A stretch of DNA of 63,980 bases, filler included, from Octopus bimaculoides (GCF_001194135.2; 7 parts of 7 records of this genome joined end to end with filler, not necessarily neighbours in it), one strand, 5' to 3'; positions 26,700-40,547 are shown, numbered from the whole stretch's first letter. The notes: generated by a model from the letters alone, not told the origin. Numbers and translations are program-made.

Positions 26700-28200
26700 T
26701 TTTGTCCAACCGTACATAATCAATAACCTCGTAGCCTTGACATGTTCTTTCTTTTACCTCTTGAGACATACATTCCTTAGACCTACACAATGCAATATTC
26801 CCTTCTAATCAAAGAGCCAAGACTTGGAAATAAACGCAAGACCACAAATATTACAAACCAGGCTCAATCTTTTCAGTTCACAAATTGCACTTTTCGTATA
26901 ACTTACTTAAATGCAACTTGGGAAAGGTGCACATGTCATATTTTACCCATGTTATCCATTGGTGGCAATCAAAAACATTTTCTTTTTCTGTCCTTAAACC
27001 ACAACTTTTATTTGTACTGAGAGTACCTTTTTCATAAATGCTCACCATACATTGTCTGTTATGGAATCCTCATCTGATCACTCATTTGTTTAAGGTGCTT
27101 GTTAACTGTTACCTCAATACTCAGAATTTACCCGAAAACCCCTCAAAATCACAGTCTCTAGAATCCGCGAGGACAAACTTACATTCAGAAAATACCTTAA
27201 ACATATCCGATGAAAGCGCTCAAGAGCCTTCACACAAGGTTTGTGAAGGAATGTTACAATAGAGAGAAACCTGTTATTAAACATTATCTGATACTGGGAC
27301 CAAACACGAAATTCAAGAACCCAAACGAAATCAGTTACTTTCCAAAGCTTTAGAGACATTTCACAATCTAAGGAGCACAGACAGCTAAATGTGCTGCCTG
27401 GTTATATACTAACTTCTCTACTACTGTCCCTTCAGTTAAAACGTTTTCACGTATGTATGTGTTTCTTTGTGCAAGCTAGAACATTACTGTGGTTTTGCCC
27501 AAGTTAATGCTGAGTTTAAATGCTTTACATGATGTAGAAATTGGACCCCTGAGAGTTTGTATATCTTTCATATTATGTGTAACTAAATCGCAATCATCTG
27601 CACAAAAGAGACCATGAATAAAGATTGTTAGACTTCAGTAAAACACCACAGAACGAAGAGATGACCAGGTGATCGGTACGTCACATATACAAATGACGAG
27701 CAATCGGCGGCGAAAGCTTGAGCGAGGGAAACAGTAAAATACAAGGAAGAGAAGGTGGGTCAATGATGTCACTCACTTTGATTTTCTACAGAAATGGGTA
27801 CAGCTATATTCCGACTGACGTTAATACTTCCATTACATCAAGAAATGATATAATTATCGATACAAAGCGATCGAGATAACAAGGTTTGCGGGTTATATTC
27901 CACCAGGATATCCTATTCACACATTCGAAAACACTCGTCAGATCAATAAAAACTTGGACAAGAACCATGCTCTGCTCGTAGCATTTCTCCAATATCTATC
28001 TCACCGTGAAAATTACATGTATTGTTCCTCAGCGAGATCGGATGCCAATAAGAGATTCACAAACCACATCAGTTGCAAAAGATGCTGTCAGGCAAGTATG
28101 ATTACATAATAGAAACTTGCTAACAGTTGAGCATAGAGCCTCGCTTCAGTGGTTATCATACTTTAATCAGATACACTGTTCCTTATAAGAAGATGGAATG
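26700..28200 (-). mobile_element. RTE-clade LINE remnant, old
   Basis: GTIHVIFTVR*ILEKCYEQ...FIDLTSVFECVNR; FCADDCDLVTH (27590-27601); FKLSINLGKT; ALERFHRICLRYFLNVS. Confidence 0.85.
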
Positions 28201-28523
28201 CACTTGCAACTTTTCGCTTCTTGGGACAAAAACCAGCTCAACAGATTAAATTACGCAACTCTTAAAGACAACGCAAAATAGGGATGCCGAAAAGGCAAAA
28301 CACCTCTGCGAAAATTTCATATTCAATTATTAGTTTTACTATATAACCTGGAGAAAAGTGAAATTTCTTAGAAGGTGATGAGAGATACACATGCCCTACC
28401 CAAACCTACGCACACACACAAACAAACAAACAAAGTGCACGCGCACACACACGCACATGCATATATATTTATGCATCTGTGTATATATATATAGATACAT
28501 ATACTTATATATATATATATATG

Positions 28524-28555
<32 letters not shown>

Positions 28556-29058
28556 NNNNNNNNNNNNNNNNNNNNNNNNNNNNNNNNNNNNNNNNNNNNN
28601 NNNNNNNNNNNNNNNNNNNNNNNNNNNNNNNNNNNNNNNNNNNNNNNNNNNNNNNNNNNNNNNNNNNNNNNNNNNNNNNNNNNNNNNNNNNNNNNNNNNN
28701 NNNNNNNNNNNNNNNNNNNNNNNNNNNNNNNNNNNNNNNNNNNNNNNNNNNNNNNNNNNNNNNNNNNNNNNNNNNNNNNNNNNNNNNNNNNNNNNNNNNN
28801 NNNNNNNNNNNNNNNNNNNNNNNNNNNNNNNNNNNNNNNNNNNNNNNNNNNNNNNNNNNNNNNNNNNNNNNNNNNNNNNNNNNNNNNNNNNNNNNNNNNN
28901 NNNNNNNNNNNNNNNNNNNNNNNNNNNNNNNNNNNNNNNNNNNNNNNNNNNNNNNNNNNNNNNNNNNNNNNNNNNNNNNNNNNNNNNNNNNNNNNNNNNN
29001 NNNNNNNNNNNNNNNNNNNNNNNNNNNNNNNNNNNNNNNNNNNNNNNNNNNNNNNNNN

Positions 29059-29091
<33 letters not shown>

Positions 29092-29197
29092 CAGGTACAT
29101 ACGCAGATTCATACGTATACATATATATCTATGTAGATATTTACGTATCCACAATTACAGAAATACATACAATCATGCACATATAATCACACGCACA

Positions 29198-29248
<51 letters not shown>

Positions 29249-30019
29249 ATATTATCACAGCGCAACTGCGAGCGCGTATCTATCTATCGAGCCACCTCAG
29301 TCACGCTCACTCTCTCTATCATGAGACACACACACTTGCACACGACACACACGCACACACACATGTGTAAACACGTATATACATATACATATATATATAT
29401 ACATACATGCATATATATATATGGATTTATATGTGTATATATAAATATGTATGTATAAAAATATGTACATAAATAAATATTATATTTATAGACTTATGTA
29501 TATGCGTATATGAATACATATGCGTGTGTGTATGTGTGTGCTTATATATTTACATGTTATATGCTATGTGTAGGTATTTGCACACACAGTATGTCTATAT
29601 TATATAAATATTATATAAATATATATGTGTAACACACACACACAAACTCACACATACATTACGTTCATACAATTTTATGTGCGCATACACAGACACAGAC
29701 ACACATACACACACGCACACGTTCACCATCACCACGACCACGACTCAAATTTTCCCTCTAATACCAACTCGCCTTAATAAAATCCGTGAAGCAAATAACA
29801 TAACAGAGTAAGGGAACTAAATGAGAAAATATCGTTTATTCGATATACTGTTGCACTGAGTAAAACGTTTACATCTTGCAGATGCTCAAGATTTGGAATG
29901 AAATTAATAAAAGCTATCAAAGATGCGGCTGTTACTTGAGATTGTCTTACCTATTAAGTGTGTATGTAAATAATTCATTGTCATACTATTTTAAGAAGAA
30001 ATCCTCGTTAGTCAGTCTG

Positions 30020-30165
30020 TTAGCAGAATCTGTAGAATATATTGTATCACAGTATTTAACTATGCGCCTTTAAGTTCTGAGTTCAAGCCCTCCCGCTGTC
30101 TACTTTGAATATATTCCGGGATCGATAAAATAAGTGTTAGTTAAGTACTGCGTTCGATTTATATT
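30020..30165 (+). mobile_element. SINE family B, degenerate
   Basis: ttagcagaatc...gttctgagttcaagcc...gatcgataaaataagt...aagtactg. Confidence 0.6.
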
Positions 30166-30236
30166 TTCTGTAACGCATCTTTGATGTGAACTAGAGTTTA
30201 ATGAAAGCAACTAAAGCAATCTTTTTCCTGTGTTTC

Positions 30237-30281
<45 letters not shown>

Positions 30282-30933
30282 GAGAAGGAGAAGGAGACAG
30301 ATAGATGTATATGATATTATTTTATACCCGAAATGAAAAGATACTAAAGCGATATATATTCTATTTGGTCGATTCTACTATGCCATTCACGTACATATTT
30401 CTGAAAAAAAAAACACATTCTGAAATAATTCGCAATTTAAATTCTTCACAAAAATCAGTGAGTAAATATGGATTGATTGTTGCGCGTGTAACATATGCGT
30501 GCGATTGTAATAGCGACTAAGTTTAAAAATCAAGTAAAATGTAATAATATAAAAAGCAGTTATCAGTTTATATGTTTCGTGTGTGCATGGATGTATTAGG
30601 TTAATCAACAAGCATTTTTATCTATAAGTACATATATATATATACAGAGCGAGAGAGAAACAGAAATATACAGCGAGAAAGAAATTAGCGACTAAATGAT
30701 TTTGTTTTGCAAACATCGATAAGTTTTCGTTCGATAAGCGAAGAGAGAAAAAAAAACCCCTTTGCGAGAGGAAATACACAAAATCTATTAAATACAGTGT
30801 TGCATTTCTTCTCTCTTTTGTTTTTGTTTAGTTTTCTTTCTTTTTTTACGCACAGAGAAGGGAACATTTAGGTAAGAGAAAAGTAAAGTTAAAAACAAAA
30901 AAAACTAAGAAACAAAAAAATACAGGTTCGCAG

Positions 30934-30936
<3 letters not shown>

Positions 30937-30999
<63 letters not shown>
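30937..30999. repeat. (AAT)n microsatellite
   Basis: Pure tract. Confidence 0.95.
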
Positions 31000-31000
<1 letters not shown>

Positions 31001-31370
31001 GAGCAATATTCAATAGTAATCACAGTAATTAAATATTTGTATGCAACAATAGAAAATAGTTGTTGAGTGTTTACTTACGCTTGGCGCTAAAATGAAATTC
31101 TAAATCTGTCCATCAAAGCGGTTGTGTGTTTATTTGTTCGTTGTTATTGTTTACGTTTTTTACGTGTTTTTCTTACTATATGTTGTTTTATTTTCCTCTC
31201 GTTGAATATAATAATAGTGTTTACCACCTGTCAGAGTATTCCTGCATTTTCTTTCTACTTCAGCCAGTTATAATAAATACAACAGCAGGCTCTTTCACTC
31301 TCTCTCTCTCTCTCTTTCTTTCTGTCTCTCTCTCTCTCTCTCTCTCGCTTTATTTCTCTCTCTCTCGCTT

Positions 31371-31435
<65 letters not shown>

Positions 31436-32981
31436 CAAAATTAAACTCTGTACAAAAGTAGAGTCACCGAGTCGCGTTAGTGACGCGACTGTCACTGTAT
31501 ATTTTATCACAGAGACAGTTGGATTCTACAACTGTTGTCATGCGTATATGATTCTCTCGCCAGTGCAATACTGAAGAAAGAAAGAAGAAAAAAACGAAGA
31601 ATAAAGCAGAATAAAACTCAAAGCAGATGTTCGCCAAACTATCAATTGTCGGTAAACATCATCAGTATGTGCAATTGAGTATCGGGTGTTTTAAGTACCG
31701 TCGTGTTTGTGATATACATACATATACACACACACACATATATATATATNNNNNNNNNNNNNNNNNNNNNNNNNNNNNNNNNNNNNNNNNNNNNNNNNNN
31801 NNNNNNNNNNNNNNNNNNNNNNNNNNNNNNNNNNNNNNNNNNNNNNNNNNNNNNNNNNNNNNNNNNNNNNNNNNNNNNNNNNNNNNNNNNNNNNNNNNNN
31901 NNNNNNNNNNNNNNNNNNNNNNNNNNNNNNNNNNNNNNNNNNNNNNNNNNNNNNNNNNNNNNNNNNNNNNNNNNNNNNNNNNNNNNNNNNNNNNNNNNNN
32001 NNNNNNNNNNNNNNNNNNNNNNNNNNNNNNNNNNNNNNNNNNNNNNNNNNNNNNNNNNNNNNNNNNNNNNNNNNNNNNNNNNNNNNNNNNNNNNNNNNNN
32101 NNNNNNNNNNNNNNNNNNNNNNNNNNNNNNNNNNNNNNNNNNNNNNNNNNNNNNNNNNNNNNNNNNNNNNNNNNNNNNNNNNNNNNNNNNNNNNNNNNNN
32201 NNNNNNNNNNNNNNNNNNNNNNNNNNNNNNNNNNNNNNNNNNNNNNNNNNNNNNNNNNNNNNNNNNNNNNNNNNNNNNNNNNNNNNNNNNNNNNNNNNNN
32301 NNNNNNNNNNNNNNNNNNNNNNNNNNNNNNNNNNNNNNNNNNNNNNNNNNNNNNNNNNNNNNNNNNNNNNNNNNNNNNNNNNNNNNNNNNNNNNNNNNNN
32401 NNNNNNNNNNNNNNNNNNNNNNNNNNNNNNNNNNNNNNNNNNNNNNNNNNNNNNNNNNNNNNNNNNNNNNNNNNNNNNNNNNNNNNNNNNNNNATATATT
32501 TGTATATGTGTGTGTGCTTGTTTGTATACGTGTCAGCCTGTGTGTTTACGTGTCAGTGTGTGTACGTGAGAGTGTACCTGTGCGAATAAATAAGCAGGAA
32601 ACACATAAATGGGTGTATGTGTTCTGATAGCAAAGATCATTCACATATGCGCACACAGACGCAAACACACACACACACATACATACATGTATACACACAC
32701 TCGCATACGCAGGCACGCACACGCGCGCGCGTGCACGCACAAACGCACAACACACACACACACAGAGGTACACATAGTTATACCTGTGTACATATGAACA
32801 CGCGTCTTTTGAAAGGACCCAGCAAAGCGAGAAACTCGGAGGAGCGACGGAATATGTTGCGAACTTCAAACAAATATTTTAACTCTATACAGGTAGTGCT
32901 TGTGCACTGTCTCTTGTATATACGTGTGTATATATAAATATATGTATATGTAGGTATAAATATAATCACGTACATATATAT

Positions 32982-33028
<47 letters not shown>

Positions 33029-33314
33029 ATATATATNNNNNNNNNNNNNNNNNNNNNNNNNNNNNNNNNNNNNNNNNNNNNNNNNNNNNNNNNNNNNNNN
33101 NNNNNNNNNNNNNNNNNNNNNNNNNNNNNNNNNNNNNNNNNNNNNNNNNNNNNNNNNNNNNNNNNNNNNNNNNNNNNNNNNNNNNNNNNNNNNNNNNNNN
33201 NNNNNNNNNNNNNNNNNNNNNNNNNNNNNNNNNNNNNNNNNNNNNNNNNNNNNNNNNNNNNNNNNNNNNNNNNNNNNNNNNNNNNNNNNNNNNNNNNNNN
33301 NNNNNNNNNNNNNN

Positions 33315-33380
<66 letters not shown>

Positions 33381-33381
33381 G

Positions 33382-33416
<35 letters not shown>

Positions 33417-33418
<2 letters not shown>

Positions 33419-33660
33419 GCGTGGCTTAGGGGGTTGCACTCATGATCGTAAGATTGCGGTTTCCATTTCTGGACAGGGCGATGCGCTGTGCTCTTGAGCA
33501 AATCACTTCATTTAACGTGCTCCAGTCCATTAAGCTAGCGAAAATGTGTAATCCTGCGACAGAATGGCGTCCCATCCAGGAGGTATAGAATTTGTACGCC
33601 AAAGAATCCGGTGAAATTGGGCCTATGTTTCTATGACTTAAGAAAGACCTTCGATCTATG
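33417..33660 (+). mobile_element. SINE family C (tRNA head plus V-like central segment)
   Basis: gcgtggcttag...tgtgctcttgagcaaatcacttcattt...tgctccagtcca...cctgcgacagaatggcgtcccatccagg; second copy at 46425. Confidence 0.7.
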
Positions 33661-33871
33661 ATTTTATTCAATATAATCCCCTCTCGTATTCACACACTTA
33701 TTGCAGCCGTCCGTCCGTTTTTTTTTTTTTTCTGCTCTGTAAAAGAACTCGGAAAGTTGAGCCTCTAACCAGACCTCTCTTGATGCCCTTAAAGCCAGGA
33801 ACTTTTCAACTGAGCACCTCATCGTATGTGTATATTTATGTAATCATGTGTATGTGTATGTGTACGCACCT

Positions 33872-33965
<94 letters not shown>

Positions 33966-33984
33966 GCTTAAAGAGAATACTTGA

Positions 33985-34740
33985 CATCGATAAGCTGCAA
34001 AGAGTCCGAAATGACACTATTGTGAAGAAGTAAATTGCAAAGTATTTTCCCTACGCTCAAACGATTCTGCCAAAAAATAATTCTAATTGTGGCACAAGGG
34101 CAGCGATTTTCAGAGAAAGGAACAGATTGATATTATGGACCCCAGTACTTGACTGGTACTTTATTTTATCGAATTTGAAGAGATAAAGATTAATTCGGCC
34201 TCGGCAATATCTAATCTTAGAACATAAGGAAATAGAAGTGTCAACGCTCAAACGATTCTGACAGCTTGTGCTTTTTACTGTAAAGTAGTAATGGTTTCAA
34301 ATTTTTGCACAAGGACCGTAATTTGTGGGGAGGGCATCGACCCCCAGTGTTCAACATCGAGTGTAAAGACGTACGAAATGCCGCTAAGCATTTGCTTATC
34401 ATGCTAACGATTCTGCCAGCTCGGCGTCTTGCTGTCAAGTACCAATCCTTTCTTCTAGAGGCACAAGGCCTGAAATTTTGTGGGAGTGGTCTAGTCGATT
34501 ACCAGGCCCCTAGTACTCAACTGGTACTTATTTAATCGGATGAAAGGATGAAAACCAAGATCGACCTCAGCCGAATTTGAACTCATAACGTAAAGGTAAA
34601 GAAATGCCGCTAAGCTATCATGTAATAATAACAATTACTTAAATAGATACAAAGCCTTTTAACACTTGCTGTAACTGACCTTATGAAAAGTGAAATGCAA
34701 AACTGACCTCCGCGAGACTTGAATGCAGAATGTCAAAGAT
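33985..34740 (-). mobile_element. Cluster of 4-5 same-orientation SINE family B copies or fragments
   Basis: aacgattctg heads recur near 34060, 34255 and 34410; ggcacaagg-type tails recur near 34090, 34310 and 34460. Confidence 0.75.
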
Positions 34741-34902
34741 CGTACCTTCAAGCAAGGCACTTTGTAATAAAAACATCATTTTGATATTGTTTACCGCCCT
34801 TGGTTAGACGCTGGGTTTGGAGGAGATGGTGCTTATTTCTTTACCTGATAAAGGATGGAAAAGTAGTAAAAACAAAATAGCTTGTCTTCATTCTACAATA
34901 TA

Positions 34903-35072
34903 CGAGGTGTATATGAAAAGACTTGAGCCTCAAAAAAAAAAAAAAGAAGACATCGTACAAGACTTCTGATGGCGGTACAACACTTCTGATGGTGGTACAA
35001 GACTTCTGATGGCGGTACAAGACTTCAAGGCCTTTGGGCCGTGAAGGCTCAAAACTTTTCATACATTCTTTG
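34903..35072. mobile_element. Mariner-type MITE with internal 20-bp tandem repeat
   Basis: TA|CGAGGTGTATATGAAAAGACTTGAGCCT ... AGGCTCAAAACTTTTCATACATTCTTTG|TA (23/30 match including TA); GTACAAGACTTCTGATGGCG x3.6 at 34955-35026. Confidence 0.8.
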
Positions 35073-35312
35073 TAGCATACTGCGGACTGCATGGCAACCA
35101 CATTTTATAGAAAGTTTGAATTTCAAGACATCCTCTTTACTTCATTAGTTTGTTAGTTAATAACGGTCTCCCTTAAACAATTCTTGTTGTCAGACGCACA
35201 GAAATGGGATCTTTTATCATGTAAGGAATATTTATGCTAAACAAGTCTTTAAATCTTGTTCCAAAAACTTTCAATTGTTGTAGATATGCACAGTGTATCC
35301 TCAGTTTTTAAT

Positions 35313-35520
35313 CTTTTATCCTTTACTTGGTTGAGTCATTGGACTGCAGCCATGCTGGGATGCCACTGCGTGGGGCTTTAGTCCGTCCAACCGACGCCAG
35401 GACTTATCTTTAAGTTTGGTACGAACTCTATCATCCTCGTTAGCCGACGGCTAGGTTACTAAAATGTAAACAAACCAAAACCGTTTGTCAAGCGGTGATG
35501 GGGACGAACAAACAAACACC
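35313..35520 (-). mobile_element. SINE family A module 2
   Basis: tttacttggttgagtcattggactgcagccatgctgg...tttgtcaagcggtgatgggg. Confidence 0.7.
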
Positions 35521-35599
35521 CACACAAACACACACAAATACGCACACACCCACACACACACACTACATACATACATTCTTTTATTCTTTTACTCTTTTT

Positions 35600-35644
<45 letters not shown>

Positions 35645-35759
35645 CACACACACACGCACACGTACGCCCCTCCAATCACTTGTGATTTTCCATAATTATG
35701 TTTTAGTTATTATAACTTGTATGAATCAATGAGCCAAGATTAGATTTTTTAAATATACC

Positions 35760-35798
35760 GAGTGGATCTGGTAGACGGAAACTGGAAGAAGCCCGTCG

Positions 35799-35842
<44 letters not shown>

Positions 35843-36057
35843 GTACGTGTGTGCGTGCGTGTTTATCCCACGTCATCGCTTGACAACTGATGCAGGTGAG
35901 CTTATATCTCCGTTGACTAGCGGTTCGGCAAAACAGACAGATAGAGTAAGTTCTAGGCTTAGCTTATTCTAAGTCCTGGGATCGATTTCTTCAATAAAAC
36001 CCTGTAGGGTGGTGCTCCAGCATGGCCACACTCAAATGACTGAAACAAGAAAATAAA
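35760..36057 (+). mobile_element. SINE family A, 5'-truncated, internal (TG)n
   Basis: ggtagacggaaactggaagaagcccgtcgtatata(tg)n...gcttgacaactgatg...ctccagcatggccacactcaaatgactgaaacaag. Confidence 0.85.
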
Positions 36058-38289
36058 TGTGGGATATTTCGTATGTATCGCCATCATTTACTTCTGTAAT
36101 ATACTAAACATATCTCTCCGGATGCTTTCTACCTAAATACTTCACTTGATAAAATATTTTAACAGAAAAAAAAAAACAAGACAGGTCACCAATTTTTGAA
36201 GGTAGATCGATAAACCTATACTGCGAGTAGTTTATATAATATCAGCGAAATTTGTTTTCTCTACGTATTTTGTTAAATTAGCAAAACTACTCGAATAATG
36301 CTCATCATTTTCTCCGTTTACTTATAATAATAAGAAATATCAAAAATTTTTAAGCAAAAGTTTTCCGAATCACCATTATGACGAAAAGATATAAAACTGC
36401 TAATCCTTAATGCTTATATTAAAGTTTTTGTTAAAATATTTTCAAATAAGTAAAAATTGTAGTTTTAACAATATTTACTTAAAATGGATACGTAGTAAGT
36501 TCTTTGTCGAAAGAACGGCAATATGTGTGTGTGTGTGTGTGAGTGTGTCTTTTCATGAAAACAGGAGATATTTATTTGTATGCTCTTCCATAGCAAAAAT
36601 TTCCTACAGTTAAAATTATTCAAAATGCGCAGCGGTCTTCCACTGATGTAAAAACAAAATTAAATAGAAAAATAACTTCCTTTTTCCTCTTTGTTGCCAA
36701 AATAAGAAAATAATTGAGGTCGAAATTTTTCTATCTCAATAACGGTTTTATTTTGGGAAATATGGCGTCGAGCTTTTTTAAAAGAAACCAAAAGATAGGA
36801 CATTCCTTCACTTAGAGATGAAAAAAAATACTACTTTCGTTTTGATTGGCCAGTATCATTATCGATTTACGAAGGTATAAAATCAAGATTATTCTCTTGA
36901 AACTCTGACTGAAGGGCCAAAGTATTCGAAAATTGCGTGGGAATAAACTTGGCTTTAAAATCTTTACTTACCCTGTTTGTGCTGATCCCCCCCCACCTTG
37001 TTGCTACCGTCTGAGTGCATGTGAGGAAAACAAACGTGCTTTTGACAAAAGGAATAGTTGAAGAAGCGAAATGAATAGTACACACCAAAAGTGTGGATGA
37101 ATGATTATTATTGTCAGAAATTTCGGTTTTAAAATACCTGATTCCATGTCCGGATTTTTCCAAATCTTCGTCATTTTGTGCTACGCAGTAGTTCACTGAC
37201 TGGTAGCTGAAAGGGTCAGCTAGTCTTCAGAAGACTGAACTTTCTATTTTTATCCACACTGGTGACGAGATGTCTGTGATTTTAGAAAACAAGGATAGGC
37301 CTAAACATTGAAAACTTGCTTCCTGGGATGACATGCTAACTGACAATGATCGAAATAACATTCGGCTACTTTCCATACATACCCAATATCAGACAGAGTA
37401 TTTTGTGACATAGCTATTTAATCGCATTAAAAACAAAGCGTTTTGAAATAAAAGTCACCTGTCCAGAAGAGACAGATTTCTTATGCTAGCGCTCCAAGAC
37501 CATTGGAGCCGAAGATGTCAGGTCTGCACCGAAGATCATTATGTCACGATGCGTCGAATGGACCCTTATATTAATAACACTGGCGCATCCATACATTTTT
37601 AAACTGAACTTTTTCAAAATAAATAAATTAAAATTATTTAAAGATAATCAAATTTGGCGGCATAGTTTGTCATCTTTCAACCAATTTTTGCTTCATTGAT
37701 GCTAATATATAAATTTTATCATCGCTCCCTCAGGCTTCTAAATCTCATTCCGTAATATAATTTTGCTCACTACTCTATCATAATTCCAAACACCCTTTTA
37801 AGGGATTGTACAGATCTCATTGGGGAACAATGGTGCAGATGATTATTAAATCTTAAATTAACTCGTACATATCCATGAAAATGAAAGGGATTTTTAAGTT
37901 TAATTTTTTATTGAATTTTTTTACTTTTTATCTTTAAAATTTCTTTCAAATTCTAAATATCTAAATAAAGACGTCATGATGGCGGATGAATAGGGACTGA
38001 CACGGAACCGCTAGCAATGAGGAGCACCTCCGGGATCACCAACCTGGAATGACCTCAGCCCCATCAATCAAAAGCATGAAATAAGCAAGCAAGNNNNNNN
38101 NNNNNNNNNNNNNNNNNNNNNNNNNNNNNNNNNNNNNNNNNNNNNNNNNNNNNNNNNNNNNNNNNNNNNNNNNNNNNNNNNNNNNNNNNNNNNNNNNNNN
38201 NNNNNNNNNNNNNNNNNNNNNNNNNNNNNNNNNNNNNNNNNNNNNNNNNNNNNNNNNNNNNNNNNNNNNNNNNNNNNNNNNNNNNNNNG

Positions 38290-38760
38290 ATGTTACGTTT
38301 GGATTTATGAAAGAATTTGAAAGCGCGGAAGAATTTGTGTTTGCCCGTTGTGAAGATTTCGTTGTGTTTGTTAAGCAGTTACAGGTGAGTTATAGGTTAA
38401 ACTTTTGAGGGCTTCTTTTAAGCGGAGTCCACAAATGGAGTGCTGAGTCTGATATGGGATACTAGAATCTATTTATAGCCCAGAAAAGAGTATATTGTAT
38501 TTTTCTATTAATTAGATGGTGTACGTGGCTGGCTAGTGATGTGGAATTACTATTTTCTTTATATTTGAACGAGTTTAAATATGCATAATATCTTTGCTTA
38601 GAAATTGTGGTAGATCCAATGTAGTAGCTACTGGAGTTATTTACTATGTTGTTAACGATGCATTGGCATACGACGTTGAATCTTCTCCAATGAACTTGTA
38701 GTGGGCAGTCTTCTTGGTTATTTTTGTACACTATTTTTCTTTCTCTTTACCACTTAATAC
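38290..38760 (-). mobile_element. Penelope-like element GIY-YIG endonuclease remnant
   Basis: CPL...VVCQC...YYIGSTT.SKQRY..Y.NSF..NSTSLASHV..W.I; downstream frames PYQTQHSICGLRLKE and LLNKHNEIFTTGKHK. Confidence 0.9.
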
Positions 38761-39019
38761 CACCTCCACTACCATTCTGTTATTGAACGTTGATATGTTC
38801 GCGTCCATTCGTGGATATTTACACTATTGGGAATTTCGCCTCATGGATTTACACAGGATTACACCGAAGGCTTTACAGACTTACTTCTACACGATCGTAA
38901 GGTTGAACTGTGAACTTTTATGCTTCTTTCTTCTTCTCTTTCTTCATCTCCTTAGTCCTTTACTCCTGTTCTCTATGTCGTCATTTCATTAATCTATACC
39001 CTTCTAATTTTCCTTATTT

Positions 39020-39075
39020 GTCTTCGATGACGGAATGTTCCATACTCAGGGATATTCCAGAAACAGCTGTAAAAC
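39020..39075 (+). ncRNA. Degenerate minimal type I hammerhead motif
   Basis: GTCT-TCGATGA-C-GGAATGTTCC/GGGATATTCC (10-bp helix II)-A-GAAAC-AGCT-GT-A-AAAC; palindromic ACAGCTGT helix III. Confidence 0.6.
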
Positions 39076-39157
39076 TTTATATTTTCCCAATAATAATAAC
39101 GTATATGACTTAAGATGTTTGTCTTGCCTTAACGTCTGTTGTCCTCTTTAACAATTA

Positions 39158-39224
<67 letters not shown>

Positions 39225-39329
39225 AGATAGATAGAAATATGTGTGTGTGTATACTTAATCCTTTGGGGAACTTTCCAGTATAAAAGCATAAGTAGGCATT
39301 GTCACAAAAACGTCAAATAAATTCTTTTC

Positions 39330-39537
39330 TACACCAGGCACAAGGCTCGAAATTTTGGGGGAGGGGTCAGTCGATTAGGTCGACCCCAGTACGCAACCGG
39401 TACTTAATTTATCGACCCCGAAAGGATGAAATGCGAAGTTGAGCTCGGCGGAATTTGAACTCAGAACGTAAAGACAGATGAAATGCCGCTAAGCATTTCA
39501 CCCGGCGTGCTAACGTTTCTGCCTGCTCTCCGCCCTA
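39330..39537 (-). mobile_element. SINE family B, full length
   Basis: ggcacaaggctcgaaattttgggggagggg...gtcgaccccagtacgcaaccggtacttaatttatcgaccccgaaaggatgaaa...ctccgcc. Confidence 0.92.
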
Positions 39538-40547
39538 AAAAAAATACTAAATAGATTAAATGAACAGGCGCACGAGTACGCGCAAGCAATGCCTGTATTA
39601 ACACTCAAAAACTTTTGTACATGTTTCCGTTGGTAAATAAGAGTCAACAACATATAAATCTGCCGGATTAACAAATTTCTTTTCAAACAACACCCTCTTG
39701 TCTTAAACACATTTCAATACAATTAATGACTAATTTCTAGATATACTGTGTTTGGGAAAAAGACTGACCATTACAGCTGGGATAGATTTTATAATAGCTT
39801 TACTTCATTAAAGGCTTAACAAGAGTTAAATAGTGATATGAAAATAAATTAATTAACGTTGCCTTCTTTAAGAAACGAAAATATGCAAAGAATTTAAATT
39901 GAATAGATACGCTTCTAAACAAGCTGAGCAGATGTCCGAGTGCACCGATGTCTTCATTGGCTTCTGCAGGACTCTGTGTATGTGTATGTGTATGTGTATG
40001 CGTGTGTGTATGTCCATGTGTAGGCATGTAATTCCATGTATTTTTGTATGTATGAATATATATATATATATATATATANNNNNNNNNNNNNNNNNNNNNN
40101 NNNNNNNNNNNNNNNNNNNNNNTTAATTAATTAANNNNNNNNNNNNNNNNNNNNNNNNNNNNNNNNNNNNNNNNNNNNCTGTAAAGATATGTAAAACTTT
40201 CCAAAAATTTAGCACATAAATACATATGCATGCATTTAGACATAAAAACGCATCCATAAAACAAATATACAAATCTGCGCATACACTAACACCAAATACT
40301 GCACACACACACATATGCACAAATACCTAGATGATGTTGATAAAAGTTCCAATGAAGGAGCCTTGAATTTATGTTAGAGTTCGGCTCTTTCTCTATGGAC
40401 AAGAAATACAGAAATGAAACTGATTGTTAACATACATACATACGTATGTATGTTCACACGTACGAATGTATGTATGTATGTATGTATGTATGTATGTTTG
40501 TATGTATGTATGTATGTATGTATGTATGTATGCATGTATGTATGTAT

